A DNA stretch of 64,000 nt from Iphione sp. A-MEVVRFRX5 (GCA_976226885.1 OZ320318.1:67766001-67830000); one strand, 5' to 3'. Counted from the first letter of the stretch, positions 36,491-51,661 are shown. Notes: generated from the sequence alone by a model not told the origin. Numbers and translations: made by a program.

Positions 36491-39400
36491 GCCCCTGTCA
36501 GCGACTAGGTCATTGGAAAGGCCTCTGATGATTGCAATAGTTGTCAGGCCCCGATGTGTCGCAAATGTCAGCTAACCTTCAATCGCCTTAAATTTACAGA
36601 GTGAGTACACATCTCGGCGACGGAATGTATATTTTTTTATAGGAAATTGTACATAACTATGTGCATATTAATAAGGTCTTCCATTCTTCTGATCATAAGT
36701 CATTCGACAGAGGTTGCATCCAGGTAGGACTTGTGTGTATTTAACCTGATTCAAGAATGTCACAGGAGCGCGGTGGGCGTCTTGCAGGATAATCAGCAGT
36801 TTAGAACAGATAGAAAAAAAAGCAAAAATGAGATGTACAAACGTACGTCATATAAATGTTACGTCCAGAATTGAACATATCCCAACAGCAAACCTGTTTC
36901 CTCATGAATGTACGTAACATATATGTCTATGCCTACTTCAGGCAAATCCATCCATGTTTTTTTGCCTTGCCCCATTCTACGTCACTGTAGATGGGTGCAG
37001 TCAGTAACGTTACAAATAATGAAAAGTGGGCATTAAATTATTATATTGTAGCTGTTGTGTGGCTAGCAGTGTGCGGCTTGCGGTGTGCGGTGTGCGGCAC
37101 GTGGCTGGACTGGTGGTGCGGCTCTGGGGCTCGCCCCCCCGGAGCGGCACTGTCATTCTGTCTTTCAGCTTTGCATTGTTCAGTTAACAATAAATTCTAT
37201 TCTCTTTACCCTTGGAGTCATTTCTTTATTAAGAAGCGGATGCTAAAATACGTGAAATGGCAGTCGTAGATGTTATATATCTACCAAAGAAAAAAAGCAC
37301 ATGTATGCATAACGCAGTGGACATTCCTATGTTTGCTGCCTGAAGTATGTACGCATGCACACTTTTCTACGTGTATGAGCAAAACTAGTCTTGCTTAAGA
37401 AGATGGGAGAAGAGAACATTAACTGTGGGTTGTGTCCTATGGAATTGTAATGCACACATACACTCTGCACACATGCATGCACACACTCTGCATTCATGGA
37501 AACATAGCCTTACACAATGATAAAGACTTTGAACCCAAATGATGAGTATGTTTTATTTACTTGTTTTCAATACGTTTATTTCCATAAAAATATACAACGA
37601 TATACAGGTATCCAGGTTTTCATTTTGTGACAACTAATGAGATCAAGTAGATGCTGCATGTAGCAATGAATAGAAACGTTCTTCTAATAATTTTCAGTTC
37701 TACAAAATAAATGATGTTGTGGTACATCTGGTCTTGATTCTTAAAACAGTTGTCTAAAATAAGAGTGAGCATCTTGAAGTGACATTCCTCCTCCTCTCTT
37801 TGTCATGAATTATTTTACTTCTGGAGGCAGAATGCAGTATATGTACTGAGTAAATAACTTTAGCAGACAAGTATAATTAACTTTTAAAAATTTAGTGATA
37901 AAATCCTAACCATCGGAAATGAACTACTATCATGCTATATGATCCCAATCGTAAGAGTGAGCAAAAACTAGAGACAACTGATACTTAACAACACAGCTAG
38001 TTTATATGACGCCCCTTTATCGAAGGACACTGTATCTCTTAGTTTGCTCAATGTGTATGTTACTAAGTTTGGTATGACGAAACGAAGTAAATTCAACCTT
38101 ACCTTCTGTGATGTGTTTTAGACTGGTGAGGGACTATGTCAGCATCTCATGTAAGTTAAAGAATTAACACGTAAAATCTTATTCACTCTAAGTACAGAAT
38201 GTCAATGTGTCTGTTTATTCATAGTTAGTTTCTCCCTTACAGACAATCAGATCTATTAAGACCTCCACAACAGTGTCATCATGTTCCACAATCAAAGTCG
38301 TGCAACACCTTCTGGGAACTCTTTCTGGATCATGGAAGCCAGATGCTCGAATAGTGGAGTGCCAGAGCACATTTCAGTGTGACACTTGTGTCCATACCGG
38401 ATGGGACATGGTTCTCTGTCTACCACACCTTTAATAAAGAAGTTGCGTGGTAATTCCTGAAGCAAAAGGTAAAGACCAATAATACAACGGATAAGAAATA
38501 CACACATACGCCATCCTCCCAGCTGTACATATTGTTGTACCCTCGTACCAATGTTTGTGTATAACTTATTTTACCATTATAAAGGATGAATGAACCAGTG
38601 AGTTTTTCATGATCTTGTCTTTGAATGGTGTGAACTGTTTTCGTTTCATTTGAGGTACTGTATGTGCAGAGATGTAGTTTAATAAATCTATAGTTTGTAT
38701 GTTTAGATCCTGAAACAGTGCTGTACGTTCCCCATTAATTTCTACAGCAACGATACCTTCTCTCGTATTCCATGAACGACAAACAAAGGGGCCTAAAAAG
38801 AGGAAGCAAACAACACACAGAACAGCCAGGAAAAAAACAGACAAGATTGGATCTCCAAGATAATTAAGGCCAAGTATCAGCTGGATCATACGAGTAAATG
38901 TTGGCCAATATAATTAGAATGAAAAATAGGTTTCGAATATATAAGCATGGTAAACTGCATGTTATTTTTACGTGTTTTTTGCACAAGCAATTGGATGACC
39001 CAAAAATTATATCATCTAATCTATAGTTGTCTGCAATTATGAGCACGAAGGGGATATTAATGCCTAGTAGTGTAGCTCATTAGTGACCCCAAAGTTTAAG
39101 TCATGACCCCCGTGATCTCAAGGAACAGCCATCAGTACTATCTCACAAAAGCCACTAACACATACTTTGTGTGAGTAGGACTAACACAAAATGCAAACAC
39201 GTATCACACACACACTTTGCACATATGCCCTATTTGCCGGTGATATAGGTGATATATTAGATTCTTCCAAAGGTTTTTCAATTTTTACCCAGCAATTCAT
39301 TAATTTCACTACATGTGCAGGATCAAGTATTCAGACGTACTAAGTAATGAGGGTGTTTTGCTAAAACATATCATGCTGATATCAGTATTAAATATTATGT

Positions 39401-40620
39401 GGCTATGGAATGCATAATTCATAATTTCAGAGACAAACTATCTTATACTGGACATTTTCTACACCTGGCTGTTGGTTATATCTACACTCAAACCAGCGTG
39501 GTACGAAATGAACTTTTAAGCCGATTTAATTCCATCGGAAAAGAGACGGGCAGTTCCTGGAAGTATTTCTCAGTGACTGCAGACCAAGGCTGCGACATTC
39601 CAATTTCATGTCATAAATTATGACATCTGTATTTCCGGAGCTACATATGGGAGAGGTATAAAATGTCTAGTGTGCTTAAGTGCATAGATACGAGTTGGTC
39701 AGGGGTCGAAAATTCAGGCGAGGATGGTTTCGAAGGGACTTTCCCTCTCATACAACATAATATGGCAATGCCAAGTTGTTTAGCACCATATAATCCCCAA
39801 GGAAATACATTGACCGAAATTGAGAAACAATTTACCACGATGTATGGAGGTATATTAAACTCCGTAGCATCGTTGTGAGCAGTTATGTCTTATTTAGTGT
39901 AACACATCTGAATGTTAGAAAACGTAAGCTTGCATTAGAAGAAAGCCCTGTTGGAAAGTTATAAAATGATTGTATAGGGATATCCCAAATGCAGAGTGGG
40001 CGTTTTTTCTTCTAATAACAATAGGAAGGATGCGTCGTCCCTCGCAGTTTTGATTCTCACTGTGTTTAGGCTGGAGAGTTAACCTCCGTACGACCCTTGA
40101 CAAAACACTCGCTAAGATCAATAATACAACACTTCGGGTTGCTTCAGGTTTACTGCAGGTCATCCATGAAATATTAAGTCGATAATCTTGTATTTGCATG
40201 ATGTCTCTAGCAAATAGGATCTATGTGTACAATCTTGATACGTCAGGTTGTGTTTTTCCTGAAACTGGAAGACATTTCATTGGCAGTTTTGTTTAAAGCT
40301 TTTAGTCATTCCAACTGAGTGTCTCGTTATCTATGGTAATGACGCACACGCCCATAAAAGGTAACAGGACCGCAAGATATTTTTTCCGGCAAGGTGTCTT
40401 TTTCTATTTATAATCATTTCTCCGTTTACCGTTAGTATGCCTTCATTTTCCTATGTTTCTGTAACTCTAGAGGAGTAAATATGCTCTAATTATTGCCTCA
40501 TTCACTCCCTTTAACCCTCTCCAACTCTTCCATCCCTTCTTATCTTCTTTCCGCACTGCTCTTCACCTTCCCTCCGCTTTCGCCCCTTTCTTGTTGTTTC
40601 TCTATGTTTCCTCTCCCAAG

Positions 40621-40760
40621 CACGCGCATGCGTTCCACTCAATCACGTGATGCCTTGTCTGTTGTTACGGTTGATGCCAGCGCCAGTTTGCGTCACTGTT
40701 ATGCCAAGCTCCACCGAGTGGTGGCGTGCCCAACGCTCTGCTATGTACGTCACGCGCATG
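40621..40760. promoter_or_regulatory. NRF1-like/USF/CRE-like motif cluster
   Basis: GCGCATGCG (40624-40632), TCACGTGA (40643-40650) and TACGTCACGCGCATG (40746-40760), after a long pyrimidine-rich tract. Confidence 0.4.
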
Positions 40761-43700
40761 AGTCTGTTACACTAGCAGTGTAAGCAACGTTTCAAATAAC
40801 GTCTCCGTAGGGATGTTGCCCGGCAGTTTTTCCACTTGCACCCGTGCTCCTTCATTTGCTTGGAGACCCGCCAACGTGTCTGGTAGCATCCCAGACACAA
40901 GGATGGTCTGACCCCTTGACCTTTGGCGTCTTAAATCCTGGTATATATTAACAAGGAAGAGTATCCCAGCTACATTACACCGCTTTCCTGTGGAAGGAAA
41001 CACATACATGCTTCCAACATTATAATTCGTTTGTATACACGTGCACCACTATAAACTCTTAAAAGAGAGTTTTTTTTGAAATCGAACAGATTACTCTGCA
41101 TTTTGTCATGCAAGTTGTACACCCCAGATAAGAAGCCGGAAAATAACCTTTCAATGACACTCGATTTATAAATCACAAACTGTTGGTATAATCTGTCCCT
41201 GTAATAGTACCATGTCATTGGAGTCAAATTTGGACAGCTGCTCCACTTAATATATCTTAATAGTGACATGCGTAAGCTACATACAGCATATTTTGTATTC
41301 TGTAGAATTCTTGTTTTCAACACAGCATATTTCGAATTCAGTACATGTGCTTTTGTCAAAGGTCACTGTACTTTCCAAATAAAGTCTACTGTGAGCTGAA
41401 TGCAATTTACACGTACAGTTTCCATCGAATATTTTAAAGACGTAGTTACCACTGAAGGATTAGACGCGGCTTTGTACTCTCAGTTCAGGGGGTTTGTCTC
41501 ACTACTTAAATTCAGCAGTCAGGGGATCATGGGGACGGTACCTATAGCGATGTCATATTATCTTGAGATACATTATTATCCACGAATAAGATAGCAAATA
41601 CTATGACATGCATGGGGAAGTCTAGTTTACAGTATAGAGCTAATGTACATGCTCATGAAATATGATGAATAAACCTGCATAGAAAGTGGCATAGGACCCT
41701 ATATTTATTGCAATTTCAGTGCTCAGAAATATCGATAGCCTAACTGTCAAGTACAGTGTCCCTTGCTAATTGGACCACCATCATTTCGACCTCAAATGGT
41801 CGGAATAGGGAGTAGCTAACTCGACAGCGGTATGTATGCACATGTATGTACATGTAATTTTGTTCCTTAAAATGTTCTTATTGTAGAGGTGGTGTGGTAA
41901 GAGAGGTGGTAACAGTCCGAACAGACAATGTAACAGACTGTTATCATCTCAATCAACCAATCACAGTATGTAGATTTGTATCCTTGTCGCTAATATTGGG
42001 AAAAATGCATGTCTATGCCATCACACACTAGGCTTTCTTCAGTTCACAAGCAACCCAGGTGATAACGGAGAATTATACCAACAGTCCCTTCTCGCATGCA
42101 GTTCATTATTACTCTAAGAAAAGAAGAAAGAAATTGTAGATTTATTGATGGGCAGCAATGTGTTATCCAACATAGTCTTAGTGTCTGGTTAAATGCTGTC
42201 CCCCTTCCTTATACTAATTAGATGACTTTCTTTTGTCTTTTTTGTGCCCGTCCATTGGTAAATGCGTTTCTCTTCGTTACAATAATCAAAGAAACAGAAC
42301 GTTGGGAATGTTTTCCGTTAAGTTCGTTCTAAAGTTTGTTTAGTTGATAATTCCTTATCTTGAATGGAAGGCCCAACTATAATCTTAGCAATATAGTGTA
42401 TCGGGGTTTGGAATAAATTTTTTCCAGGTTTTGGCAGCTGCCTGCCTGTAGAAGCCTAGATGGTTGCTCTTGAGCTAATCTGGGCTTCACTGTTTAACTC
42501 GAAGTTATCGTTGATATATATTACGTTAAGAGGCGATTGCTCAACTTCCACTAACCTGTACTCCTTAGTGCTTGTTGACAATGCAACAGTGTTCAATTGT
42601 TGGCAGCGGCGTACAGCTAGCTGTAGCAGGTTCTCTGCCACAGAATGCAGAGAAACTTTCTCAAATGATGAAAATATTTCATTCTTAAACATCGTCTGTA
42701 GGTGTTACGGCTTTATGTTTTTTTTAACTACACAGTAAAACTCCTAGATCTGTAATGCTTGTCTACAATTTCTATTTCATGTTCTACTACTCTCGTGTCA
42801 GTGATGTTTCGTTCTATTCCGTAGGGATAACATTGATTCACGTTGTTGCTCCAGGCATTCCACTGTAATAATCTAGCTACAACTGATTTATCCCATTGCA
42901 CCATACTTGCTTTTTGTTGCTGATAAGAGAGCTATACTTTCAGGACGCATGTATCCACGCAAGACAAATACGTCACGGAGATAATGCACGATAACATTAA
43001 ACAGCAAACAATGTCCTGCTGCCAAGATATTCACAAATGTGAAAGATCTACAAAATATGTACCGAAACATGTATGGCAAAAAGGTGACTGGAAATGATAG
43101 TTATATTGTCGCAGCCTACTCTGGATGACAAGAGAGCCTCGAAATCTAAGCCCCATGCGGTAAGAATGAGTCATTGATGATCGAGGTGGCGGAACTGACA
43201 TAGATATTGTTGTTCAAGTCAGTCCTCAGGGCATGACGGTAGGAAAGACAGCGGTAGGGAAATGTATGCGCGCTGTCAGTGTCCAGGAAGGTACTGAAAT
43301 GGCTTCCGTGCCTTAACATTCAGAAATGTGCCTATCATGTTGCTGGGTGATGCCACTGCCATGGCTTCGCCACTATGCTGTTGGTAAGCCAGGAAATTAC
43401 TGCAGACCTCATCAAGAGTGGTCATCGGGTCATTGGGTCACAAATGGTCATAATAATGTTTTCACCATTGAAATAATGTAAACACTACAGCAATTTCGAC
43501 GGGTTTATTGATTGAATGACTTGAAAAGTTACATGTTTAGGATAAGGAGTCAGTAAGTTCACCTACCCCTTAAGTGCAACCACTCAAAAAGCCAAAAACC
43601 AGACGCAAAGTTTTGAAATCTGAGAAAGCTGAGGTGTATAATTATGCAAAACTAGAGCTCAAGTGTCGTATCTTAAGAAGACTTTAATAATTCAAACATT

Positions 43701-46700
43701 TCGAACATATGTCATTCGTCATCAGAGATATTATAGATAAATTTCTCCTTCTAAGGTATCATTCTGGTGGTGATTCGTGGCTGCCATAACGACTATGTTT
43801 TAGGGCCCTAAATTCGTTAGGATCTATTAATTTACGGATAGAAACGAACCGCGTCGTTGTACATACAGAGTATGAGATAACACTTTCTAATCAAAGATTT
43901 GACCTTAAATTACGCAAAGAAGTAATTTTGTTATAACTGTGTGTGTATAGTTCAAAAACTTTATGTTATTTCAAATTTGCAAAGAGGTTGTGTTATTGCA
44001 ATAGCTACATATAAACGTGTACTCTTTGACACCAAATGAATAATCCTTTTCTGCAAATACCATTAAAATATTTAAATAGTGCTAGATACCTACAAGCACT
44101 TGTCTATTCATGTCTACTAAAATATACAGCTGCTAACTTTTATGGACATAATGACATGTAAAATGTATAGAATGTGTAAGACAAATGGTACTTAATAATA
44201 TACACTTGTGCTCAAAGTACAATTCTATTTATATCTAGAAATTTCCGAAAGGATAACTTGGACTTACATGAAGCAGCTCATCTGTAAGATTATGAACAAT
44301 ATCCAGAGTATCTGTTTCTTAGGAGGGCCATGGTGGAGTCAGCATGATCAAATGTCCAAGACACTCTGGAGAAAGTCTTTATCTTGGTGTTCAAAACGTG
44401 GCCGTGTGTATGTATGGAGATATTATGTAACCAAAGGGGCCCCCGAACTGTTTGTATGAATGCATGCAAAATAGTACATACGTATTTACTTTCTTGATAG
44501 AAAACGAGGAGATGCAAGACTAAGATTTGAATAATATCAACAGATCCCTTTTAAAGGAAGTTGTATTGACTCCATAATTCCGTTCAAACCAACCGACAGG
44601 GCTGTGGGCCCAAAACATAGAGCATTTGATGTTAAATGATACTTTTTATTGAAATACAAGAAGAGTGTACCAAAAATTCATCTCTCCTACCTTGGATCAC
44701 TATCGTTTTGTCATCATTTTAATCTTTTTCTCAAGAATTTAGCAGAGTTATAGTCGAATGATATACGCCTCAACGCCATCAGATGGTTCAGTCCGCCATC
44801 AAATTCCTGTTGCAAATCCAGTGCCTCCACCTAGTTATTTATATGTGTCTTACAAAGTTGCTCGATCCTCTGATCCCTCTGGTGGACGAAGAAGTAAGTA
44901 TACGACCGTGAGAGGACGTGCAAAAGCGTAATCATACTGGCATCCCGTTACCAAACGAACAGCTCATGATATTAGCACTGATTTATATTAATTTTTACCA
45001 GGTATCAGTTAAAAAGAATGTCGGCAAACATCGATAAATTGTAAGGCTAATTGTGTGCGTGTGTTTGTAACCAACTTTACTAACATACGTTGTTTTCAGA
45101 GTCACCTAGATGGCGCTGTCGTGTGAAAAGAAGAGGAAAATACATGTCAGGAGCACTAGGTTCATCTTTGATGGCAAACTTGCTTTATTGTTAAAAAGTA
45201 CCAATGAAATGACAAGATAGAAATTTATGTCTGCATGCTTTCGAATTATCTCCTCGAGTCTTCTTTCTACCTATAAGGCTTATTGTCCACACATCCAGTA
45301 TTTCCAATGTACACAGGTGCTCATCTTGTAAAAACGGTCCAATTTTGTTTTGCAGTGTGTACGGCGTGTACAGTGAATATGGTGTCTAATGCGCAAAAGT
45401 TGTGGGAATAGGGTAATAATTATGGATAGATAATCATGTTCTATTCGGGACCGCCAGAGTTCACTTTTTGCTGCGTAGATTAGATTAGAGAAAGTTACCT
45501 TATGTGTGAGCTTCTTGAGTTCAGGGGACTTCCAAAATGTTAGAATAGCGAGGCATACTATACTACTCCAGAGTGATAACGAAACTGTGAAATAGTTGAC
45601 ACATAATATTAAATCATCCAATTCAGAAAGGTTTTATTAGTGACAGGCTTCAAGTAGTGGAACTAATAAAGAATATAGGTTTACTACTATAGTACTCCCA
45701 TGATAAAAAATATATGTGTGTGTTTCTGGTCCCCCCAACCTAGGAAAACCTTACCTTATCTAAAAATATTTTGGCCTCAAAGTTTCCCTCATACACAATT
45801 TTTGTGAGACACAAAGGAAGAGAGAAATAGACAAGGCAGATACACTAAATCATAAAATTTGTAAAGCAATATGAATGTTTTGTACAGAGTACAATCATGT
45901 TTTTATCCTATTCTATAAAGATGACCTGCCTTGGTCCCACAGAAACCTTATTGGACAGCTCTTCCATTAGCCAATATGATATTTATTACTTTTGTTATGG
46001 CTGAAATTCAGAAAGAAACAAACATGTTTTGGACAAGTATTAGTCTCTGTACCGTATGTGCAAGGTAGGTAGTGATGATCAGTATGAACAAACCTATCCA
46101 ATGCCTTATTGCCATAAGAAATGAAAGATCAACCGATGCATATGATTCTAAGTTACAAGTTATCACTTCTACAAGGTGATGCCCTAACTATTTTCATTCA
46201 GCTTCCATTATATAAGAACAGATCATTTACTGTTGTCTGGTGCTTGACAAAAGCTGAAGTATTAAAAATTGCAATGGACGCTGCTGAGTATAGCCTTGGA
46301 TCTAACAACATTTGTGGCGTGTGAGGGTTGGAGTTGGATAAATCACTTTCATGGACAATGCAAACGATATCCTCACAACATTTTTTCTTATCCAAATTTG
46401 TATCAATGTTACTGTTTTTTGTCACTTCTCTTCATTTTTTACTGAATTTCTATTTAGATTTCTTGAACTCTCTCTGTATCCACAGAGGCCAATTCTTCAT
46501 TTGTGACTAAATTAAGACTGTTCACATGTAGGTGTCTGCTGTAGACAAGAGTTCTCAACAGCCAAGAGGTCTTACACATTGAATATAGCATTCCTGCACC
46601 ATTCTGGTGTATTTCTGTCCACAGAAAGGGTTTTGTATCTGTTAGCAGGGTTTCCACTGTATAAACTGATGATCTTAGAGTTAGAAAATTAAAACCTTTT

Positions 46701-49171
46701 TACATTCTTTATTGTCTTCAATCTTTAAGAGGAGTGGGGGAGAGGAGGAACACTGCTGTCCAACCATTGGACTCTCCATCATGATCGTATGGGTCTGCTG
46801 CCTTCTATACGCATGAAAAAAATGACTAAATATTCTTGGAAGGATTAAGTTGCACATAGAGAGGTTCTTCCCTGAACATGTCTATTTTTACTTACTTTTC
46901 TACTTTAACTGTGAGAAATGAATCAATATTATTAAAATTGTTCAGTACATTTGTGCTTAATTCACTTTGAAATAATACTTCGATTATCTTGTGTTTTCGT
47001 CATGCTCTTCTAATTTTAAGTGAGTGTCTATACGGAGACACCTCTCTAAATGCATGTTGTAACGGCAGTAGTTGACTTGCCGGTATAGTTAGTGGTCGGT
47101 TTGGCTATCCTAAACGGGCGTGTTTATGTGAAGTGTGAGTAAATTGCATAATATCTTAACTTCAGTACGTGCAAATTTAGCTTCATAGTGACATTCTTCA
47201 AGGGTTGGTCCTTGTACGGGCATATAGATTGATGTGTCTTCAGCAAATAGCGCCGTAGAGGATGACAGACTGTCATTTTGAGGGGAAAATAGAATAGTCA
47301 AGACACCTTTTCTAGTAAAAATAATACATCCAGGCCCAGTTAACCCAAGGCCGGATATCTCAACCCTTGTGCAGTATATTTAAAAAAAAGGAACGAGGCA
47401 GTAAGTCCTACCCCATTCGTGTATTTGTGTGATGACAAAATTTAATGGGCATGATTATGAATGGGTTGAGCAAGACCTTTTTCTCCATACTCTCCTTATG
47501 CACCTTAATTCACTGAGATAAATAAACCCAAAGGCGGTTTGATATGGATACTAGTTTAATCATATTATCGATTTGTACATCTTCAGTATTTCCCATATTG
47601 AGAACACTTCCACAGGGGACGAACATTAAAACAACTCTTTTTGTTTCAACCGTCTTTGTCTGTTCCGGTTCCTGAACGGTCTTATCCGTTTTTACAGCAA
47701 AAGTGGTAACAGTTTTCACAGAAGTTCAATCCACAACTGGGGTTTCAGCGTTAACTATGTACGTACCGCACGTATCTTAGTTATGGTGGGTGTTTGTGTA
47801 GAACGCGGAGTCAAATATCAGCATTTTGGTGATCTAATGGACTGGGTTCAAGACAACATCAAAAGATCACCACAACCCAAAAGCTTTGAGCGGCATCTAG
47901 TATACAACCTGCCCTGGAAGTAGGTAGAAATCATTTGCTCTGTTTACACCTTGTGACAGCCTTTACTACCCTCGTGTCGAGTCACAAATCATCGGACGCT
48001 ATTTGTACAGCGGCAAAATGTGAGCGTTTTCAAACACAAGATTATCACAATCACCTAGGTCTGAACATGAATTGGACAAACAAGCGCAGAACGACCTACA
48101 CGTACAAGTGAACAAAGGACCCAAGACGCAACGCTCTTTGCAGTACATTCAGAATGGACAAAAATATAAGACGCAAGACGACTAACGGTACTGCAACGAA
48201 GGAGCTGCAGGCTTTGGACATAACGTGAATTTTTCATCACCAAGGCATTGTTATATTTCATTCAAGTTGCAAGAAATAAGAAAATGTTTCATTTAGCGAG
48301 CCCCAGGAACGTGATGAATTTACTTTATATACATGTCTCTGCATGCAGATAGGCATGTGTATAAAGCACGGATTGTATATGCACGCATTGTCACCGTATC
48401 TCTTTTAGAGTGTATATTTAGAATGGCAAAGAAAGATACAGAAGTGAAATCTGATTATGTAATGCTTGAAATTACTATTTTTGCCACTTGTATCTTTGAC
48501 ACATTTATAAATTGTGGATGCGATTTGTAGTCTATACCTAAATTGTGTTTCTTCTTAAAATTTGGTCACTTAATGTCAGTCCAAAGCGATAAGACTTGGA
48601 CCTGAAAATTAAGAAATCCATAATATTGACTCACTGTCAGCTTTAAAGACTAATGCTACATATATCGTCATGGAATGAAAACAATCTATTTCAGATGCTT
48701 AATTCGGCCGATGGGTCATGAAATGATGGAATGTGTCTGTATGATAGGGATCAGCATGCATGAATGACATGCTCTTGAGCCAGTAAAAGCCAGCAGCACA
48801 CAGAGCTGGCCAACGGGGAAAATGTCGTCTGCAACCATGGTACCATCGCCTCGCCGTTTGTCAAGTCGCTGTACTGGACATATCTAAAGCCATCTGTTAG
48901 TCCAATATGACATTCCTCTTTCGTCAATGTCTTCTGGTCTGGCCATTCCTTTCTCATTTCGCTGTAGCTCACTCAAACATTTAAAGTTCCCTTTTATCGA
49001 CCGTGTCCCCTTTCTCCTTTTAGTCTCTGAGTATCAGGGTTTGAAAAACCTATGGGAATGCATTTACTGGAATTAAATAAAAGAAACGCCCGCCCGTATG
49101 GTTGCACAGGTTTCACAGCTTCCATCTGTTCCTTCTATGTCCCTTATAAGCTGATTCCTGCTTGAATCTGC

Positions 49172-49209
49172 TTATTTTCTTATCATGACCACTAAACGCT
49201 TTAGTCTGC
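49172..49209 (-). CDS. Candidate terminal coding exon of the two-TM gene ((C)RLKRLVVMIRK*)
   Basis: Acceptor TTAATTGCAG|GC, phase-1 compatible with the exon ending at 49593. Other endings are equally possible. Confidence 0.3.
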
Positions 49210-49592
49210 CTGCAATTAATGTAGGGCAAGAATGATTACATGGTACAATAGCATAACAGTCATATATACTGTGAAGAGAAGGTAATCTTTTATAGAAGGG
49301 AAAATTATGTCTGGCAGAAAGATTCATCAATGCTTGTTACATGTTTATCAAACAAATAGGAGAACCTTTAAGAAGGCTATAAGTATGGACCTTACAGTTT
49401 AAAACCATCATACCCATAAGGGTAGTTTACTTTGATATTGATAATTGTATATTCGAGTGATGAACCTACATGCCGTAAGAAACATATAATCTACAAGGCC
49501 GAATATTACGAGAGGTAAACAAAAGATCGTTCTATAGCAGAGAGACAGGTACTTACCGCGGTATTCTTCTCTCTCTCTCTGCACCTACTCAC

Positions 49593-49647
49593 ATACAGCC
49601 GTGCCGTACTGGCTATTTACGGGGCTTTGGCTATCCTGCCAGTCTCC
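49593..49647 (-). CDS. Exon 3 of the two-TM gene (GDWQDSQSPVNSQYGTAV)
   Basis: Acceptor TACTCTGTCCACAG|GGA in phase 0, matching exon 2. Donor T|GTGAGT at 49592, with alternative donors at 49596 (GTATGT) and 49556 (GTAAGT). Confidence 0.65.
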
Positions 49648-51287
49648 CTGTGGACAGAGTATAGATCGAACATGTTGTGACAAATAGATGAAGTCACCTT
49701 ATCTTTATTCATACTTCCCATTTGACAGCTTCGGTATTATTTTTCAATCAGTAGACCTAATTTACGCAACAAATGGTTAACATGATACTTCCATATTCCC
49801 CTCGCGACCTCTGTACATTTATTGCCATTGTGGTGACAGGCGAAAACAGGCAATTTGAATACATAAGACTTCATCGGTTAAATAAGTGTTGAGATATCTC
49901 AGCTTAGAATTAATATAAAGTAGCCGAAGTATGTCATCAAATGAATATTTCTGGCCTACAATTCCTAGTTCTAATTCGGACTGTTCTACATCTCACTACT
50001 TTGAAACGAAAGCTTTTGTGGAACTATGATACACTCCTTTAAAATAATGTCGAAAATTTATTTGGCTAGGGCTTGGGATATAAAAGATTATGTTCAGAAA
50101 TTGCCTGGTACTGGATTTGATTTTAGAAAGTGATCTGCAGGAGTAATTAACATATTGACAATAATGCTGAATCAAGGGATGTAGGAATAGCAGGACGTGA
50201 TTAAGTGTCATTCGTGGAAGTCCTTGGGGCTTAAGGCTCAGGGAACAAGAACAGCCTACGAATGAGCATCCCAAGGGAGGTTAGTGGAATAGCAGTGGTA
50301 GTATAGTATCGCTACGATTTAAATGCATACTACTCGGACTGGCGTGCAAAAGTTAGGTTACACTTACAGGATAGTGCTCATGAAGTTGCTGACTATCCTG
50401 AAACGAAGAGAGAGCAACAGTGTTCCCAGAAAAACTCAGCTACCGAGAAATCACACTTCATGCCCAAGGTCAAAAGTCCGGTGAGAACCATCCACTTCGG
50501 AGCAAAGGTCAAGCATAGCACACAGTACATGAAGTAATTTTAGAGGCGACCATTTGCGTAGGCAAACAGAAGAAAAGCTGACAGGTATCAAAAAAGATTT
50601 GAACAATCAGTCTCATGCATCTCATAATTTAAGGAAAAACTGGATTTTGAACACAGTGTAACGATTGTGAACTTTCGGTGAGTTCTTGAAGTAGATGGTT
50701 ATCAAGGACATATGTACTTGGAATAGAAGGTGGAAGTTGGAGGGAAAAGTGAGCAAGTTATTTCGAAGTGATGAGAAAAAGGTTGGAAAGAAAAGGTAAT
50801 TGTGTTAAAGTGACATGCACAAGATGATATGTTAAAGACAGATAACGAGATCCACGCTATGCCTTTGAAACAGGTCATAAAAGGTCACCTTGAGCGTAGT
50901 CGTCTGCTTTAGTTTTTGATGGAAGGAAACATAGTATGGCTGTTACAAAATAGGTGACATTGAATTATAACCGTGAAATCTCTTTTAACATATATAACTG
51001 GACTACAAATAATCTTGTGCATAGTGAATTAAAATTAAGTAATCGGTGCACATATTCCGATACTTAGGATACAGGCATACCTCTTAATGCTACAATTGCA
51101 CATTTTCATTGATATACTATATGACTGTTCCTGCTGTAATAACATATATCATTTACCGGATGCATTGGTCGCATATGAGATCGTTACCGATATGACAATA
51201 CTTCATCTGTCAGCCTCAACTTGAGAGGCGATTCTAAGCTTTCAATATGGTATAAGTGAAATATATGAGCTGGTTTGGAAAACTTAC

Positions 51288-51384
51288 CGTGGAGGACAGG
51301 GAAGACCAACTGATGCTGAGGAAGAAAGCCAGAACCGTCAGAATGACTCCGACGGCGAAGACTACGGATCCAACCAGGATATAC
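51288..51384 (-). CDS. Exon 2 of a small two-transmembrane protein (YILVGSVVFAVGVILTVLAFFLSISWSSLSST)
   Basis: Acceptor CTACTTACTCCCTGGCAG|G and donor ACG|GTAAGT. Its 97 bp complete the phase-2 codon (TC+G=Ser) left by exon 1. Encodes a clear TM helix. Confidence 0.85.
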
Positions 51385-51659
51385 CTGCCAGGGAGTAAGT
51401 AGAGTTGGGTGCAGCGGAAATGAGCGATGAACACGGAGATTTATCTCGGCCTCTCAAATACTTATCTGCTACAGGTTCTTACCAGCGATGCACATGTTTT
51501 TCGATATTTTACGTCACTCTACTGAAAGCTCCAATTATTATTTACGAGCTGCGTGCAAGGCTTACCGACCAAATTTTAGGAGGTCAAAAAGCTGGAGCTT
51601 TGTGCTTGCACAGAAATATATTGATACAGCTAAGAGCTGGGCGAGACCTAAAATGGGCC

Positions 51660-51661
<2 letters not shown>

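Noticed and set aside
39070-39115. tRNA/SINE-like A box (GTAGCTCATTAG) and B-box-like word
   Set aside because: Boxes are too close together and no cloverleaf forms.
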